From Hormiphora californensis (lineage: Eukaryota; Animalia; Ctenophora): DNA of 64,000 nt. Below, piece after piece: positions 1 to 13,399 of this stretch; positions within the stretch are counted from its first letter, which is position 1; each line of letters starts with the position of its first letter. The stretch spans positions 2,294,001 through 2,358,000 of the forward strand of contig CM035356.1 of assembly GCA_020137815.1 (NCBI GenBank), read 5' to 3'. The translations under genes and the position numbers were made by a program. The notes under the pieces are model-generated. The model saw only the letters and a program-made list of their open reading frames with translations, did not search any database and was not told where the DNA came from.

Positions 1-59
1 ACACGCTGCATTTCCTGTATTGGGTACTGTGGAAGTGTTTGCTCTGTCGTGGTCAGTTG

Positions 60-2020
60 CTGCAAATTTTTTTTAAAAAAAATTGCCCAAAAACCCCCCA
101 AAAAAAAAAACCCCTTTTCCCCCCCAAAAAAGGGGGGGCCCCCCCGGGGCCCCCCCCCCCCCCCCCCACCCCCCCCCGGGGGAAAAAATTTTTGGGGGAA
201 AAAAAAAAAATTTTTTTTTTCCCCCCCCAAAATTAATTTTTTTTAATTTTTGGGGAAAAAAAAAAATTTTTTTTTTTTAAAAAAAAAAATTTTTTGGGGG
301 GTTAAAAAAAAAAGGGAAAAAACCCCCCTTTTTAAAAAAATTTTTTTTTTAAAAAAATTTTTTAAAAAAAAAAAAAAACCCCCCCCCAAAAACCCCCCCC
401 CAAAAATTTTTTTTAAAAAAAAATTTTTTCCCGGGCCCCGGGGGGAAAAGGGAAAGGAAAAAAGGGGGGGGGAGAAAGAAAAAGGGGGGGGGAAAAAGGG
501 GAGAGAGGGGGGTTAAAAGGGGAAAAAAGAAGGGGGGAAAGGAAAAAAAGGGGGGGGGAAAGGGGGAAGGGGGGGAAAAACCCCCCAAAAAAAAAGGGGA
601 AAAAAAAAAAAAAAACCAACCCCCAAAAAAATTTTTTTTAAAAAAAAAAACCCCCCCCTTTTTTTTTTTTGTTTTTTTTTTCTCTTTTTTTTTTTTGGGG
701 GGGGGCCCCCCCCCCCCCCTTTCCCTTTTGGGGGGGGGTCCCCTTTTTTTCCCCGGTTTTTCTCTTCTCTTCCCCCTTTTTTCCCCGGGGGCCCCCCCCT
801 TTTTTTCCCCCCCGGGGTTTTTCCCCCCCCCTTTTTCCCCCCCTCTCCCCCTTTCCGGGGGGGGAAAAAAATTTTTTTTTTTTGGGTTCCCCCTTTTTTT
901 CCCTTTTTGAAAAGGGGGGGGGAAAAAAAATTTTTTTTTTTTTTTTTTTTTTCCCCCCCCCCCCCCCTTTTTTCCCCCTTTTTTTTCCCCCCCCCCTTTT
1001 AAAAAAAAAAAAAGGGGGGGGGGGGGGGAAAAAAGGTTTTTTTAAAAAAGGGAAATTAAAATTTGTGGGTTTTTTTTTTTTTTTTCCCCCCCCCCCCCCC
1101 CCCCCCCCCCCTTTTCCCCCCCCTTTTTTTCCCCCCCCCCCCCTTCCCCCCAAAAAAACCCCCCCCCCCGGGGGCCCCCCTTTTTTTAAAAAAACCCCCC
1201 CCCCCCCGGGGGAAAAAAGGGGGAAAAAACCCCCGGGGTTCCTTTTAAAAAAGGGGAAAAAAAGGGGGTTTTTGGGGGTTTTTTTTTTTGGGGGGTTTTT
1301 CTTTGGGGGAAAAAAAATTTTTAAAAAAAAAAAAAATTTAAAATCCCGAAGGGGGGGGGGAAAATGCTTTTTTTCCCTTCTTGGGGTTTTTCCTTTCTTT
1401 CTCAATCTTTAAATCTCTATCTCTTCGCTCTTTCTTTCCCTTTGGCATAACCCCCCTTTTTTCTATATGGCTTGTTTCTTTCCACCCCCTTTTTCCCCTT
1501 TCTTCCCCTCTCCACCCTCCGTGGAACGAAACCCCATTGTGACATCTGGGTGCCCGGGGACGGTAAAACCCTGAAACAAGGGTTTTGAGGGAAAGGGTTT
1601 TTTGCTTTTTTTTCCCGGGTTTTGCCCCCCCCCCCCCCCCCCCCAGATAGCATATTTTTGAATTTTGGTCATCAGGGTGGAAATAGACCCCGGGGGACAA
1701 AAAGTCGTATGGGAAAATTTAGTATTTTCCGTTAGGCGATCTCAAGTTTCTTAAAGAGCAGGATATCATTGATAAGGGTATGCTTTGTCATGTGCTTTAA
1801 AATAAAATAACGTGCATGATTCTAGTGATTCAGGAACGAAAAACAAACAAAAAGATTTTTGAGTCCCCGGATAAACCCCAGAACCCAGAAAAAATTTGGG
1901 GAGAATTAAACTTTTCAATGACCTTTTTTCTGAAATTCTCCTGGCAATTCCCAAAATATACCCCCCCCCTTCCCCCTAAAGACACTGGTGCCTGAAAACC
2001 ACAACTTGGCGCCGGGGGGG
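60..2020. other. Homopolymer-degraded, low-quality sequence (probable read/consensus artefact)
   Basis: Almost pure runs of A/T/G/C that grade into normal sequence between ~1400 and 2020. ORFs here are only poly-K/F/P/G. Confidence 0.85.
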
Positions 2021-2021
2021 G

Positions 2022-5000
2022 CAGGCCTGGCCGTGTACAGGATGCCAGCGGACGAACCAAAGTTGTCTGTAGCAGGTCTTGTAACACGTGTGGAGGTAAG
2101 TGTTACTCCTCGCGGTGTGGGAATTAATACCATGTTGAGTAGATGACTAAACAAACATGTTTATCATTATAACCCCGTAAATTCTGATTCACAACCATTC
2201 GACCTCAGCTCGATCTAATACATCAAAATATTCGTTTCTCTCACACGTAGTTGCATACTAACTATCGTCTATCAATAGAATCTGAACACACCCTCTCTTG
2301 TGAGGTCTTTAGCTTGATATCGTGTCCCCCTTTACACACACACATAATTACAGTATCTATTGCTCCCACAAGCTATACTAACCTCTCCCTCTCTCTTTAT
2401 CTGTGTCTTTCTCTTCTCTCTGTGTTTAAGGTAAACCAAACAACTCTCCCTCTCTCCCGACAGATCCCTAGTAAAGGATGTATCATGATCTCTCCTGCTT
2501 GCACATATCTCACCCTACTATCATCACACAGCTTCTCACCCCCAAACTTCAATTAATATTCACTCCCATACTATTCCACCATTGATTACAGGAAACCAAG
2601 AAGAAGAAGTAGACAATAATTCAGAAAGGACTTGTCCTGGAGATTTGACCTGGTTTGGGCAGGATTGTGCTCCCTGTCACACAACATGTCAGGTATGAAA
2701 CAGTTAGCACACATTATCAGCTTTGTCACTGTGCTGGCAAGCGCAAAGGCGGCCTTAATCTGTGTCTTTTGAGAAAATCAATTCTTATCCGTTGTTGCCA
2801 TGGTAGAATTATATTTTCACAGTTCACTGCATTTTACCAAGCCTGAATATGATACTCCCCTCGACCAATAACGGATATATATATAGGCCACCCACTGGTA
2901 GTTACTGAGGCGACGGGAGGTGAACACTTCTTATTGGAAAACTGCCAATGATACATCACAGTATATGATGTTGCATTAGGTCATACCTCCCTATCCTTGC
3001 TCCAGTCTAAAATGATTATACAGCTGAGCTTCTCAGGGTAAAAGTTCATTACGTGCAAAAAAGCGTCATCTTTTTCCAATCGTCAGCAAAACCAGCAGCT
3101 CAGTAAACACACATAGAGCAAGCTACCGGTACTCCAACGGTGCTCCATTAACCTTGCCTGCCAACTTGCAGTATTTGTCATTATGTAATAGAGAGTGTGA
3201 CAGCATACCATGTAGTAGCATACTATAAGACACATGACTGATGACATGCAACTCTCTAGGGAGCACCTACAGTGTTTAGTGACAGATTTGTAACTAACAT
3301 GGATACAAAAAGGAGGCCTTTATCTTATATCATCTTTACCTTCTCACTCATTCCAGATGTAGAGAATATTCCAGAGTGTAACTTAGTAAATCAAGGACAG
3401 GAGTTACAATTGGAGCGTTTGAAGCAACATGCTATGCATACTTTGCATAGTCCAGAGCACTTACTGCCAAACAAACAACCACTCTATCCCAACCCTCTTC
3501 TCCCTCCATCTCTCTGTTGCAGGGTACGGTATCGTGTGAGTGTAGGAAGGAGGTATGTGCGTGTCCAAGATCTAGACCAATCCAGGCGAGCAAGACCCGG
3601 TGTATAGTAGCTGAACAATGTAACAACGGTAAGTGGAGTTATACACATGTTACATAGACCCACGTGACACACAGAGAGAAACTCTTATAATAGCAAGAGT
3701 GGGAAGGAAAGTTTCTTGTCTATCAAGAGAAAACTAAAATTCGTTCTTCATCTTCTTCGAGAAGCCCTTACTTGTGGTTTCACGAACCCTCACTAAAATG
3801 ATGAGGGGCATGTGGTCGAGCGTGTGTAGAACATGCGGCGGCGGGTATGATATTTACTAACTTATATGGTGAAACATGATCTAGCGTTCTTTGATCTTAA
3901 AGAATGTTCACGTGGATGTGGTAAATCAATCGCTGGGTTAGAGAGGGATGGAGTCAAATGGGATTTATACACACAGTTCACTCTTTTATCAGGAAATATT
4001 ATATGTAAAAAACTACCGAGCAGCGGTACTCAAAAAGCCCTTACTTGAGGCGCACCCAATGGGTGCGCTAGTTATCAAAAACGCCCAAAATGGGTGAGAG
4101 AGAGATTGTTATCTTTGGGTGCTAGTTGTTTGTGAGCGCCACCCACTTGTAACAAACTCTCTTTCTCTCACTTTGGTCGTTTTTGGTATTTGTCGATATC
4201 TCGCGTCACAGATAAGGTAGAGACACCGCGGGTATGCTGTTTACTAACCTTCATATACATGGTGAAACATGATCTAGCGTTCTTTGATCTTAAAGAGTGT
4301 TCACGTGGATGTGGTAAATCAATCGCTGGGTTAGAGGGATGGAGGCAATGGGATTTATACACACAGTTCACTCTTTTATCAGGAAATATCATATGTAAAA
4401 AAGGAAATATTATATGTAAAAAACTACCGAGCAGCCATACTTTTTAGCTATACAACTGTCTGTAAACTCATGTGATGCGGGGGGAAGTATACAGAGTCTG
4501 TAATGATTACAGTCTGTAATGATTACAGACTGCCTTAGTCTAGCAATACAATAAAACACACTATGCCACACACACACACGTACGTACATGTTTTGTCCAA
4601 AGGTATATTGTGTACACACTGAACAGTTAACTCATTACACACGTACACAACATCAAGATACACAGGAACACGAAGAGATACTGTACTGAGTTCGCTATAT
4701 TTTATTGGTGGTAGATACTCTTTTAACTAGATTTACAACACATTTATATTTTCTACTGTTAGCTTCTGTTAGAGCGAGTTGAATACATAATGACCATTCA
4801 TTGGAGTTCTAAAGGCTCTCTAGTAGAGAGAGAAAGTTTAAAGAGCAACTTTGTTCATCTGGCATGTTGTCTACTATGTAGCGGTCATGATGATAGTTTT
4901 ATATAATAGTACAGTGTAACAATACAAACACAGGACACTCTTCTGAGTTTGTTATTGTGCTACACAACTAGAAGCCGCTTAGATTATCACACACATTACA

Positions 5001-5706
5001 TAGCGGGGTATTGTTATTATTCGAACAGTAATAATAACATCATGGAGTATAGACCATGGCTAACTATAAATAATAGCCAATAAATATATTGTTCGTGGTA
5101 TTATTAGACCTCTATTTACCAAACAATATTATATGCCCAATATAGCAGCACTTTATCTACTCATGTTTCTGTGATGATTTCATTCAGGTTTTATAATCGT
5201 CCCCGTGCTAACAATAATTGTCACACACCCTGTTACACTCCCTGTTACACACCCTGTTACACACCCTGTAACACACCATGTATCCTGGCCAGGTTACGAG
5301 GTGTGTAGGTATAGAGCGGTAAAGAATGGGAGACTAATACCTGATGTTGATATACACCCACGGGAGGAATTCAACCTCATCTGTGACAAGGATCATACTG
5401 TAAAAGGGTCCAGGTAAATATCGGACACACACCTTGTTCAGGATCATGTTGTTGAACAAACAAACCCCATGACTCTACCAAATCGACCACTTTGTTCATA
5501 ATCTGCATAATCATGATGTTGAAGATACCTCAGTTATACACCCCCCCCCCCGCGTTGTACACTCCAACTTCATGATCCAGGATTATATATTCCCAATTCT
5601 AAAACCTGTCATATATTTCTGATAATGCCTATCTTTCAGGATAGTGACATGCGGCTACAACGGTCGACTGCTCGGCAAAATTGGACGATGTGTTCCGGTC
5701 CAATAG
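2022..5706 (+). CDS. 3' part of a multi-exon Cys-rich extracellular protein: ShK-like end + TIL domain + Sushi/CCP domain
   Basis: Phase-consistent GT-AG exons: ~2022-2095 (..VVCSRSCNTCG), 2592-2692 and 3523-3628 (CPGDLTWFGQDCAPCHTTCQGTVSCECRKEVCACPRSRPIQASKTRCIVAEQC, TIL-type spacing), 5293-5413 and 5640-5706 (CRYRAVKNG..FNLICDKDHTVKGSRIVTCGYNG..GRC, Sushi-type). AATAAA follows the stop. The 5' end is lost in degraded sequence. Confidence 0.75.
3762..4435. repeat. Intronic local duplication (~190 bp, two copies); first copy bracketed by a 13-bp direct repeat
   Basis: ~3840-4025 recurs at ~4228-4435. AAGCCCTTACTTG occurs at 3762-3774 and 4035-4047. Confidence 0.7.
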
Positions 5707-5891
5707 AATAAATACTTATCTAGACAGCTTTAGAACTTTGATTTGATGTTTGCAAAAGAGTGAGAAATTTTCTGAACATAAATCCATTGAACAATTTATA
5801 TTTGTGATCCCAAAGTCCCAAAACTTAATCACTTTGCATGATGGAAGGGCCCTAAAAAATTTCTTTACTGACGACGTAAATTTTAAAACAG

Positions 5892-6046
5892 TAAAGTCGG
5901 ATTTTTTGAAACTGTCACCCCCAAATGACCGCGCATGTGAAATTTATCAATTTTGACGCGCACACCACACGTTAACATGTGATGTGACGCGCAAAAACAT
6001 TCCGCGCACGACAAGGGGGGTGACAGTTTCAAAAAATCCGACTTTA
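5892..6046. mobile_element. MITE family A (TIR AAGTCGGATTTTTTGAAACTGTCACCCC, TA-flanked)
   Basis: ~30-bp terminal inverted repeats; the same TIR recurs at ~12592-12817 and ~13728-13881. Confidence 0.85.
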
Positions 6047-7242
6047 TAGCCGTTTAATACTTCTTGTTGGTTTTTTCTTTGTTTGCTTTCTTCCACTCCC
6101 AAACCCAAATATCACACACAAGTCACACGTGTTTTCATGGTACGGCCCCACAAACTATGTGTATCACACTTGCCTGTGAAATAAATGGTTACATTGTATA
6201 AATAGATTCATAATCTGTGATTCTTGCACCCACGTCTGTCACTTACTTCGCACACCGGCAAGGGAGGGGTAACTTCGTTACCAAGTCTGTCACTAACTAT
6301 TATAGACTGCGAATCACTCGCTCGTTAACCACATACTGCATCTTACCATATATTCTAGACACACATATATCAACTAGTCTACACTGGGATTTTCTAACAA
6401 TAAAACTTCTGACATCACAACACTGTCTTATCTCTAAGTAGCGGCCGTTACCTCCGACAAACTGGTTAAAGCACAAAAAGCGACATGTTATCTCAATACA
6501 TTAAGTCATATGAGAAACACTGTCTTGTATTTCTGGGCCACCCAGTACCTGTGTGATGAACACCGATTGAAGTCACACACATATGACGCTGGTCGCTGAT
6601 ACGTACCTGTGCAGCTAGGTCACACCCGCACATGTGTGTACGTGTGTTGTTTGTGTAATGATGTGTATGTGTGTTTGGATAGTGTAGCTATCCAACCCAA
6701 ATCATGATCTCTCTCCTCATCCTACACGTCACACCTAGGTCTACTGCACAGATATCAAGGTGTGTGGAACAGAAGGAACAAAGGAAATCAAATTCTGGAA
6801 GATATGAAGGCCAACATACCCTTAGTTTTTATTGGGCCACGCGGTATTTCACTTTCTACAACACACCTTTAATAATTGAAGGGCACTACTATAATCCTCT
6901 CACTAATGTTTTGTCGTACGTGACACAGTATGCTCGCCAAGTCACAAGTACAAGAGAGGGCACACCCAAGTATGTGAGGAAAACCCGTCATTATGCAGAA
7001 TGCTAATATAGAATCTACCAGTAACCAGACACTGGCCCGACACTCGTGTCGTGCAATCTAACTGATTACAATTTTACGCTCCTATTTTCCGATCCCCTCC
7101 AGGTGTTTGTGAGTCTGTCTGTACGTGTGGATTTCTACAACTGTATACTACAAGTTTTTCTAACCCCCTCCATCTCAATTTCCCGTATTCTCCCACTTTA
7201 TGTTCGGGAGACAACTTCTCATTACCATTCGCCAACTCATAC

Positions 7243-7400
7243 CTAAAACAAAGTTGTGCCATTACTCACGTGTGCACTATCCTCAAGTTCAATACATTCT
7301 GATTTAGCATTTGCTCTGAGTGCTGATTTGCAGTGCTCGTATTGCGTTTCTTGGTCCTTAAGCTGGTCCTTAGACGACTGAGGGAGGAAATCATTTAGAA

Positions 7401-7466
<66 letters not shown>

Positions 7467-7556
7467 GTGATAGAGAAGAGATAGAGAGAGAGAGAGAGCG
7501 AGAGAGAGAGGAGAGAGAGAGGAGAGAGAGAGAGAGAGAGAGTGACAGAGAGAGAC

Positions 7557-7588
<32 letters not shown>

Positions 7589-10283
7589 GAGCAGATGAGA
7601 AGAAGGAAGCAGGGGAGAGAGCAGATAGAGATAACGAAGAGTAAAAGAGAGAAAAAGAGAGATAGAGAAAGACCGGTAATGACTAAATGTGGTGATTATA
7701 AAGTAAAGGCTATATATGATGTAAGGTAGAAGCTTTTATCATTTTGCTTACGAAAAGCTGCTTTTATGTTCGGAGATACCCCTGAACCTCACACTCAATT
7801 CTCCTCCTTCCCCTATTATATATCGAACCCCCACTCGGCACTCACCTTGCAAGCTGGCTCAGCGGTGGCACCACACAGTTTCAACAAGGCATCACCGGGT
7901 GCCATCATATCGGGCGAGTTGGGATGGGAGACACTGAGCAAATAATTATATTAGAAGGGTGAACTATTTAGGGAACAAAAAAAAATTTATTCAATGTGAT
8001 GTAGCTTACTTTAGTTTCTTCTCTATATCGACCAGAGTCCCCATACAACAACCCATTAGTGACGTTCCTTGTTTCACCAACTGAGAGAGGGTACAATATT
8101 AAATACCCCCATCGTTATAATAGTTAGGCAGTACTAATGATGAAAGGGCCAAATCTTGGACAAAATTTGTAACAAGCTAATTTCTTCACCAACCGGCTCA
8201 GATGGGTGTCTAGTAATGCCAAAAAAAATCAATGATGATCGGGAGCGCGCACGCTCCGTAGCACGCGAAAATGTTTCACGTGCATTTCTAGCTTAGAACA
8301 AAAAATGAAAACCAACTTAGGAAAGGAGTAGAGACAAATCTGAGGGCACTAAAATGTGTGGCGTCCTCGCATTAGTGGGGGTAGGTGCCGGAATTAAGTC
8401 TCTATCTCATCTGGTTAATTAGATAATTGGATAATTAGGTTTGTGCATAACCGTTTTTTGGCTATACGGCTATAGCCACTTAGGAATGGTTTAGAGACTT
8501 TTCACTGGTGCCATTTTGTTCAGAACAAAATTTTAATCTAAGAGTTGTGGAAAAATTTAGGGCCTATCTCTTACCGTTTAGGCGTAATTTGCGCTGAAGG
8601 GATGCCAAATTAGTCGAAAATGCGAAAAAATGAGTTAATTGGCTTCCTTTCACCGCAAATTACGCCTAAACGGTAAGAGATAGGCCCTAAATTTTTCCAA
8701 AACTCCTAGATTAAAATTTTGTTCTGAACAAAATGGCACCAGTGAAAAGTCTCTAAACCATTCCTAAGTGGCTATAGCCGTATAGCCAAAAAACGGTTAT
8801 GTGCAAACCTAATTATCCAATTATCTAATTAACCAGATGAGATAGAGACTTAATTCCGGCACCTACCCCCACTAATGCGAGGACGCTACACATTTTGTCT
8901 CTACTCCTTTCCTAAGTTGGTTTTCATTTTTTGTTCTAAGCTAGAAATGCACGTGAAGCATTTTCGCGCACTACGGAGCGTGCGCGCTCCCGATCATCAT
9001 TGATTTTTTTTGGCATTACTAGACACCCATCTGAGCCAGTTGGTGAAGAAATTAGCTTGTTACAAATTTTGTCCAAGATTTTCACCAATACTCCCTAACT
9101 ATAATAACTCAATACATTTACAATACAAAGCTCTCTCTCAGCTGGACCAAGTTTTACTATACAGTCGGACCCCGATTTAACGGCACCCTCGGGGGAAAGG
9201 GTTTTGTCCGTTAAATCGGGGTGTCCGTTAAATCGGGGTAGAGCATATTTGGCCCATAAAACCCTATTTTTGTCCAAAATACTCTACTGAAACACTTCTA
9301 AGTGTTAAATGCAATGTCCATGTATTGATTACATGATAATTTCTATTTTCTGATCAGAAAAATAAAATGATTTTTTTTTAATTTCAAAAAAGTTATAAAA
9401 TTTTTCTACATACTACATATCAACCACGTCCGAATCGTTTATCGAATCAGTGCATCTTATCGCATGTCTTGCTGCTAATTAGACGGTTCGAAACGAACCG
9501 ATACGTGATACCATGCCGAATCTGGGCACTTGAAGCGGGGTGAGGAAGAATTCGAATTTCAAAATATATTTTCCTCTGAAAATTCATGGGGAGCACCGAT
9601 CAAAGCATTGACAATCATTCTGTAGAATTTTGCAAAAAAAGTTATGAAAATTTTTCAAAGGTATATAAACCACGTCCGAATCGTGTTTCGAATCAATGCA
9701 TCTTATCGCACTTCCTGTCGCTAATTAGACGGTTCGAAACTAACCGATACGTGATCCCCATGGGGCCAGTTTAACAAGCGTCAAAATTGCCACTCGATGG
9801 GCCTCATGGGGATCACATATCTGTTCGTTTCGAACCGTCTAATTACCGGAAAGACATGCAGTAAGGTGCACCGATTCGAAACACGATTCGGACGTGGTTA
9901 CACCTTTGAAAAATTTCAAAAAAAATTTCAAAAAATTTTCAAAAAAAACTCAAAAAATTTTTGGGGGAAATTTATCCTGCCGTTAAATCGGGGTGCCGCT
10001 AAATCGGGGGCCGTTAAATCGGGGTCCGACTGTAACTGTAAACAGATATAAAGCTTCTATCACTATGTTAGAACCTTAATCATCATTATATTGAAGGAGG
10101 AAAACAAACAACTCAAGAACAGCTGCTAAACATTACTTTCAGAGGATAAGTCTTACCGTTGAACAGTTCGTATTACAATTGCATTCGCTTGATCCTGTTC
10201 CACACTTTGAGACGTCAATGGCGTCCAGGTTGCAGTACTGAGAGAGGAGATAGGTGAGAGAGGAGGGAGAGAGAGAGAGAGAG

Positions 10284-10358
<75 letters not shown>

Positions 10359-11972
10359 GAGAGAGAGAGAGAGAGAACCACCTCACTAAAAAGTATGCAC
10401 ATACAGTATTCAGATGAGGAAGTGATTACAGCTGCTACAGACTATAACTAGTAACTACACTATACTAGACGGTACTAAACTTGTATAATTAGACAATGTT
10501 GAATGTACTCTGCAGTTTAAAAGTTAAGAAACTGTGCCTTGTTACTATGGGATTCAATATAAAATAAGTCCTTTATTCAGCACATACATTCAAATTCCTC
10601 TCTTGGGTCTGATTATACAATCTAAAAAGTTAATTAACTCACAGAAATCTTGTTTGCTTCATAAAGGTACAAGGCAGTTGTCATTGCCTTTAGGATACAG
10701 TACTCTCCCTCCTCTCCGTTCGCTTGTTGAGCTGAGGAAAGTACAATGACATAACGTGAAGAAGATACTTATTACTACTCTACTGCCAACTTGGTAACTT
10801 TTCTCCAACATCTCAAGGCAAACATTTATCCCAAAAACGTCATTTAGTAACTGCATAAATTACAGTTTGAGAGAGACACAGTGCAGTCCCACAACCCAGA
10901 AACATGAACTACTCACGTTCTTGGATGCATGCCAAATCAAAAATATCCTCCATCTGAGTTCGAGAGAGGCCGATTTCTGTAAGTGCTTCTGGTTGCAGGC
11001 AGGCGTGGACGATGTTGATTATAGGTATCATGCACCCATCCTGACATAACTTCTTTAACTTTGGTAGCAGAACCTTGAAAAACTCCAATACCTGTAGAAT
11101 TGTATGAGATAATCTATTGGGTGGCTCAAATGAATGTTTTTGCTGTGTAGTTACCACACAGTTTTCCACCACAGGTCTCTTGTCATACACCGCTAAACAT
11201 GGACTAAAAACAACAGAACGATCCCTCACTACATATTTTGGTCGTTTTCAACGAGTTGGAGATCATCAGAAGAACGCCTCTAATGAATGTATATTCAATC
11301 CGACCAAATTTAGATGTTTTGAATGGAACAGCCATGTTTCTATGGTAATATCAGATTGATTACACCACCTAATGTATATCGTACCTTTCCTGTCTCAGCA
11401 TCGGGGCTGGCAATACAGCTGTACATGTTATTGGCACATTCCTGGCCCCACATTGATACAGCTTGCTTCTCCATCACCTGTGAGAGAGAAGACGATAAAA
11501 TTGGGAGTTGGGTGCCCATAATATCTCGATCAGTAATGAAATTTGCCCAGATCAGTCATTTTCAAACTATCTCTATGTTGGTGTGGGAACATTCTAATCG
11601 AAACGAGATGTTTAGTATAAGCTCCAGGTAACACTGACGAGCACTTTCTCCGGCATCTAGTTACAGATCTAGTGTGAGAACATACCTTGAATGTGTCCAC
11701 AAAGGAGAGAGTGTTTTGGAGACACGATTCGCTCATCTTCGATATCTCTATCGTACACTGAGAAATAAAACAAAGTATAGCGATCATACAATTATTGGGT
11801 TTTAATCTGATATCATGAAATACTTGTTTTTTCCTAAACTTACCTCAGGAGTAAAGTTGATGAGATCTGCACCACCTGCTTGGCGTCGCTTTCTTACAAG
11901 ATTTCCAAGGTCTGACAGAAAACCAGCTGCAATTCCAAATAGTAAACATTGTAAAATAAGAGTGCGTCCCAT
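7243..11972 (-). CDS. Uncharacterised secreted cysteine-rich protein (signal peptide, RKRR-Q convertase site), >=9 exons, ~300 aa
   Basis: Exons 11844-11972 (MGRTLILQCLLFGIAAGFLSDLGNLVRKRRQAGG..), 11686-11757, 11385-11477, 10917-11091, 10643-10731, 10157-10237, 8010-8080, 7846-7933 and 7270-7377 are all GT-AG and phase-consistent. The 3' end is unresolved: read-through stop at 7243 or a further exon. Confidence 0.8.
7398..7670. repeat. (GA)n microsatellite; other GA/TC tracts at ~10260-10376, 17940-18177, 30115-30268, 34438-34552, 41376-41450, 44820-44898, 49812-49890, 53310-53410 and 60700-60990
   Basis: Direct inspection. Confidence 0.95.
8151..9081. mobile_element. Foldback/palindromic element (~930 bp, ~450-bp arms) in an intron
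   Basis: AATCTTGGACAAAATTTGTAACAAGC at 8152 is the reverse complement of GCTTGTTACAAATTTTGTCCAAGATT ending at 9080. The arms pair inward to a ~40-bp loop near 8605-8645. Confidence 0.85.
9162..10032. mobile_element. MITE family B (TIR CAGTCGGACCCCGATTTA, TA TSD; Tc1/mariner-pogo-like)
   Basis: TA|CAGTCGGACCCCG...CGGGGTCCGACTG|TA, with internal repeats of the TTAAATCGGGG motif. A shorter copy lies at 48418-48607. Confidence 0.9.
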
Positions 11973-12591
11973 CTTCTACCCTATAAACAACAAAAGGAGT
12001 TAGTAACATGATTAATGTTTAATATGATTGATATTGAAAACATTTAAATCGCTTTTGAGTGTTTATCTCGATCCACTTATATAAGAGTTAGGCTGAAGAC
12101 TTAAAACTCGTCCAAGCCATTTAGGCATTTTATTATTTGTGGTGTGCTCTTGGATCTAGGGCGCCGTTACGATCTGGGTGCAGTGTCTACAGGCCTGTTT
12201 ACTAAACTGTGTTTAGTGTTAGTTAGGTGCGAGTTGCGACGTGCGTGCTGCCATAAAAGTATCGTGCATTGAAATGGCTCTAACCACCAAACCACTCAAC
12301 CGACAACCGTTTTGGCTAATTCAAAGTTTATCTGATAGGAAATACAAAGCCCTAACCCCAACCCTACTTTAGCCCTAACCGTGAAAACCGTAAGACGTGC
12401 GTGCTGACACTCAAAAGTCAGGGACGCAGCTGACAAAAGTAAAAAGTAAAAAACACAGATTTTAACGTTTCTTGATTCTTGAACATATTTATGGTACGAA
12501 ATTTTCTTGGGTCTAGCGCTGCAGAAAACGTAAGCGGCCTGGCAACGGTAGTAAGCGCTGCCGCGGCTTGAGCTCTTTCTAATGCGCGATA

Positions 12592-12817
12592 TAAAGTCGG
12601 ATTTTTTGAAACTGTCACCCCCCTGAAATAACAAAATTTGCCATATCTCCGGTTCCTGATAAGATAGAGACTTGAAATTTGGAGGTTCGGAAGAACTTGG
12701 CAAGATCTTCGTAACCTCCAAATTTCAAGTCTCTATCTTGTCAGGAACCGGATTTATGGTCATTTACGAAATTTGAAAATACCCAGGGGGGTGACAGTTT
12801 CAAAAAATCCGACTTTA
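12592..12817. mobile_element. MITE family A copy with a different, palindromic interior
   Basis: Same TIR as the 5892 copy; internal hairpin at ~12640-12760. Confidence 0.85.
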
Positions 12818-13399
12818 TATGAATTTTCATTCAAAAAACGTGTTTCCCACTTATTTTGGAATGCGCTGCAGCCCCCTCATGCGCGCACCCCCGCAACGAG
12901 GGGACTGGAGAGAATGCCGCGCGCGCGTTTGGCCTGATCCCGGCTGGGTCGAAGATAACTTTGCGGTCGAAAAAACGGCGGTGCTTATAACTTTGGCTCC
13001 TGAAGTCCGTTTGACTTGATTCTTTCACCAGTTGTTAGATCTGACGATTATCTACCTTGCTGTTTTTGAGAGAAGTTAATTGGACTTAAGGAGGCTGAGC
13101 AATAGCCGTTGAAAGATGGGTTGTTTTCAAAAAGTGACGTCACAGATTCTTGCAGGGACACCTTTTTTAAAATTTCATTCAAATTTTGATTTTACCGCAC
13201 TCGATTTTGCGGAGTTTGGTTCATATCTCCTGTTCCTGATAAGATAGAGACCTGAAACCGGTTGCATTTGAAAGCTGTTATCTTCCTCTTTCCAACGCTA
13301 CCAAAACGATTTCTGTACCTTATCTGGAACCGGAGATATGATTGATTATGTATTCCCCCCTAGCGCGGTATTCCCTCCAGGCCCCTTATATTATATTAT

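Noticed and set aside
39-1700. Long K/F/P/G-rich ORFs
   Set aside because: Products of homopolymer-degraded sequence, not proteins.
10780-10856. Extra exon (INVCLEMLEK) in the Cys-rich gene
   Set aside because: Phase-incompatible; exon 10643-10731 already joins the flanking exons correctly.
12350-12380. Telomere-like CCCTAA motifs (also ~46200-46250)
   Set aside because: Too few and too degenerate to call an interstitial telomere.
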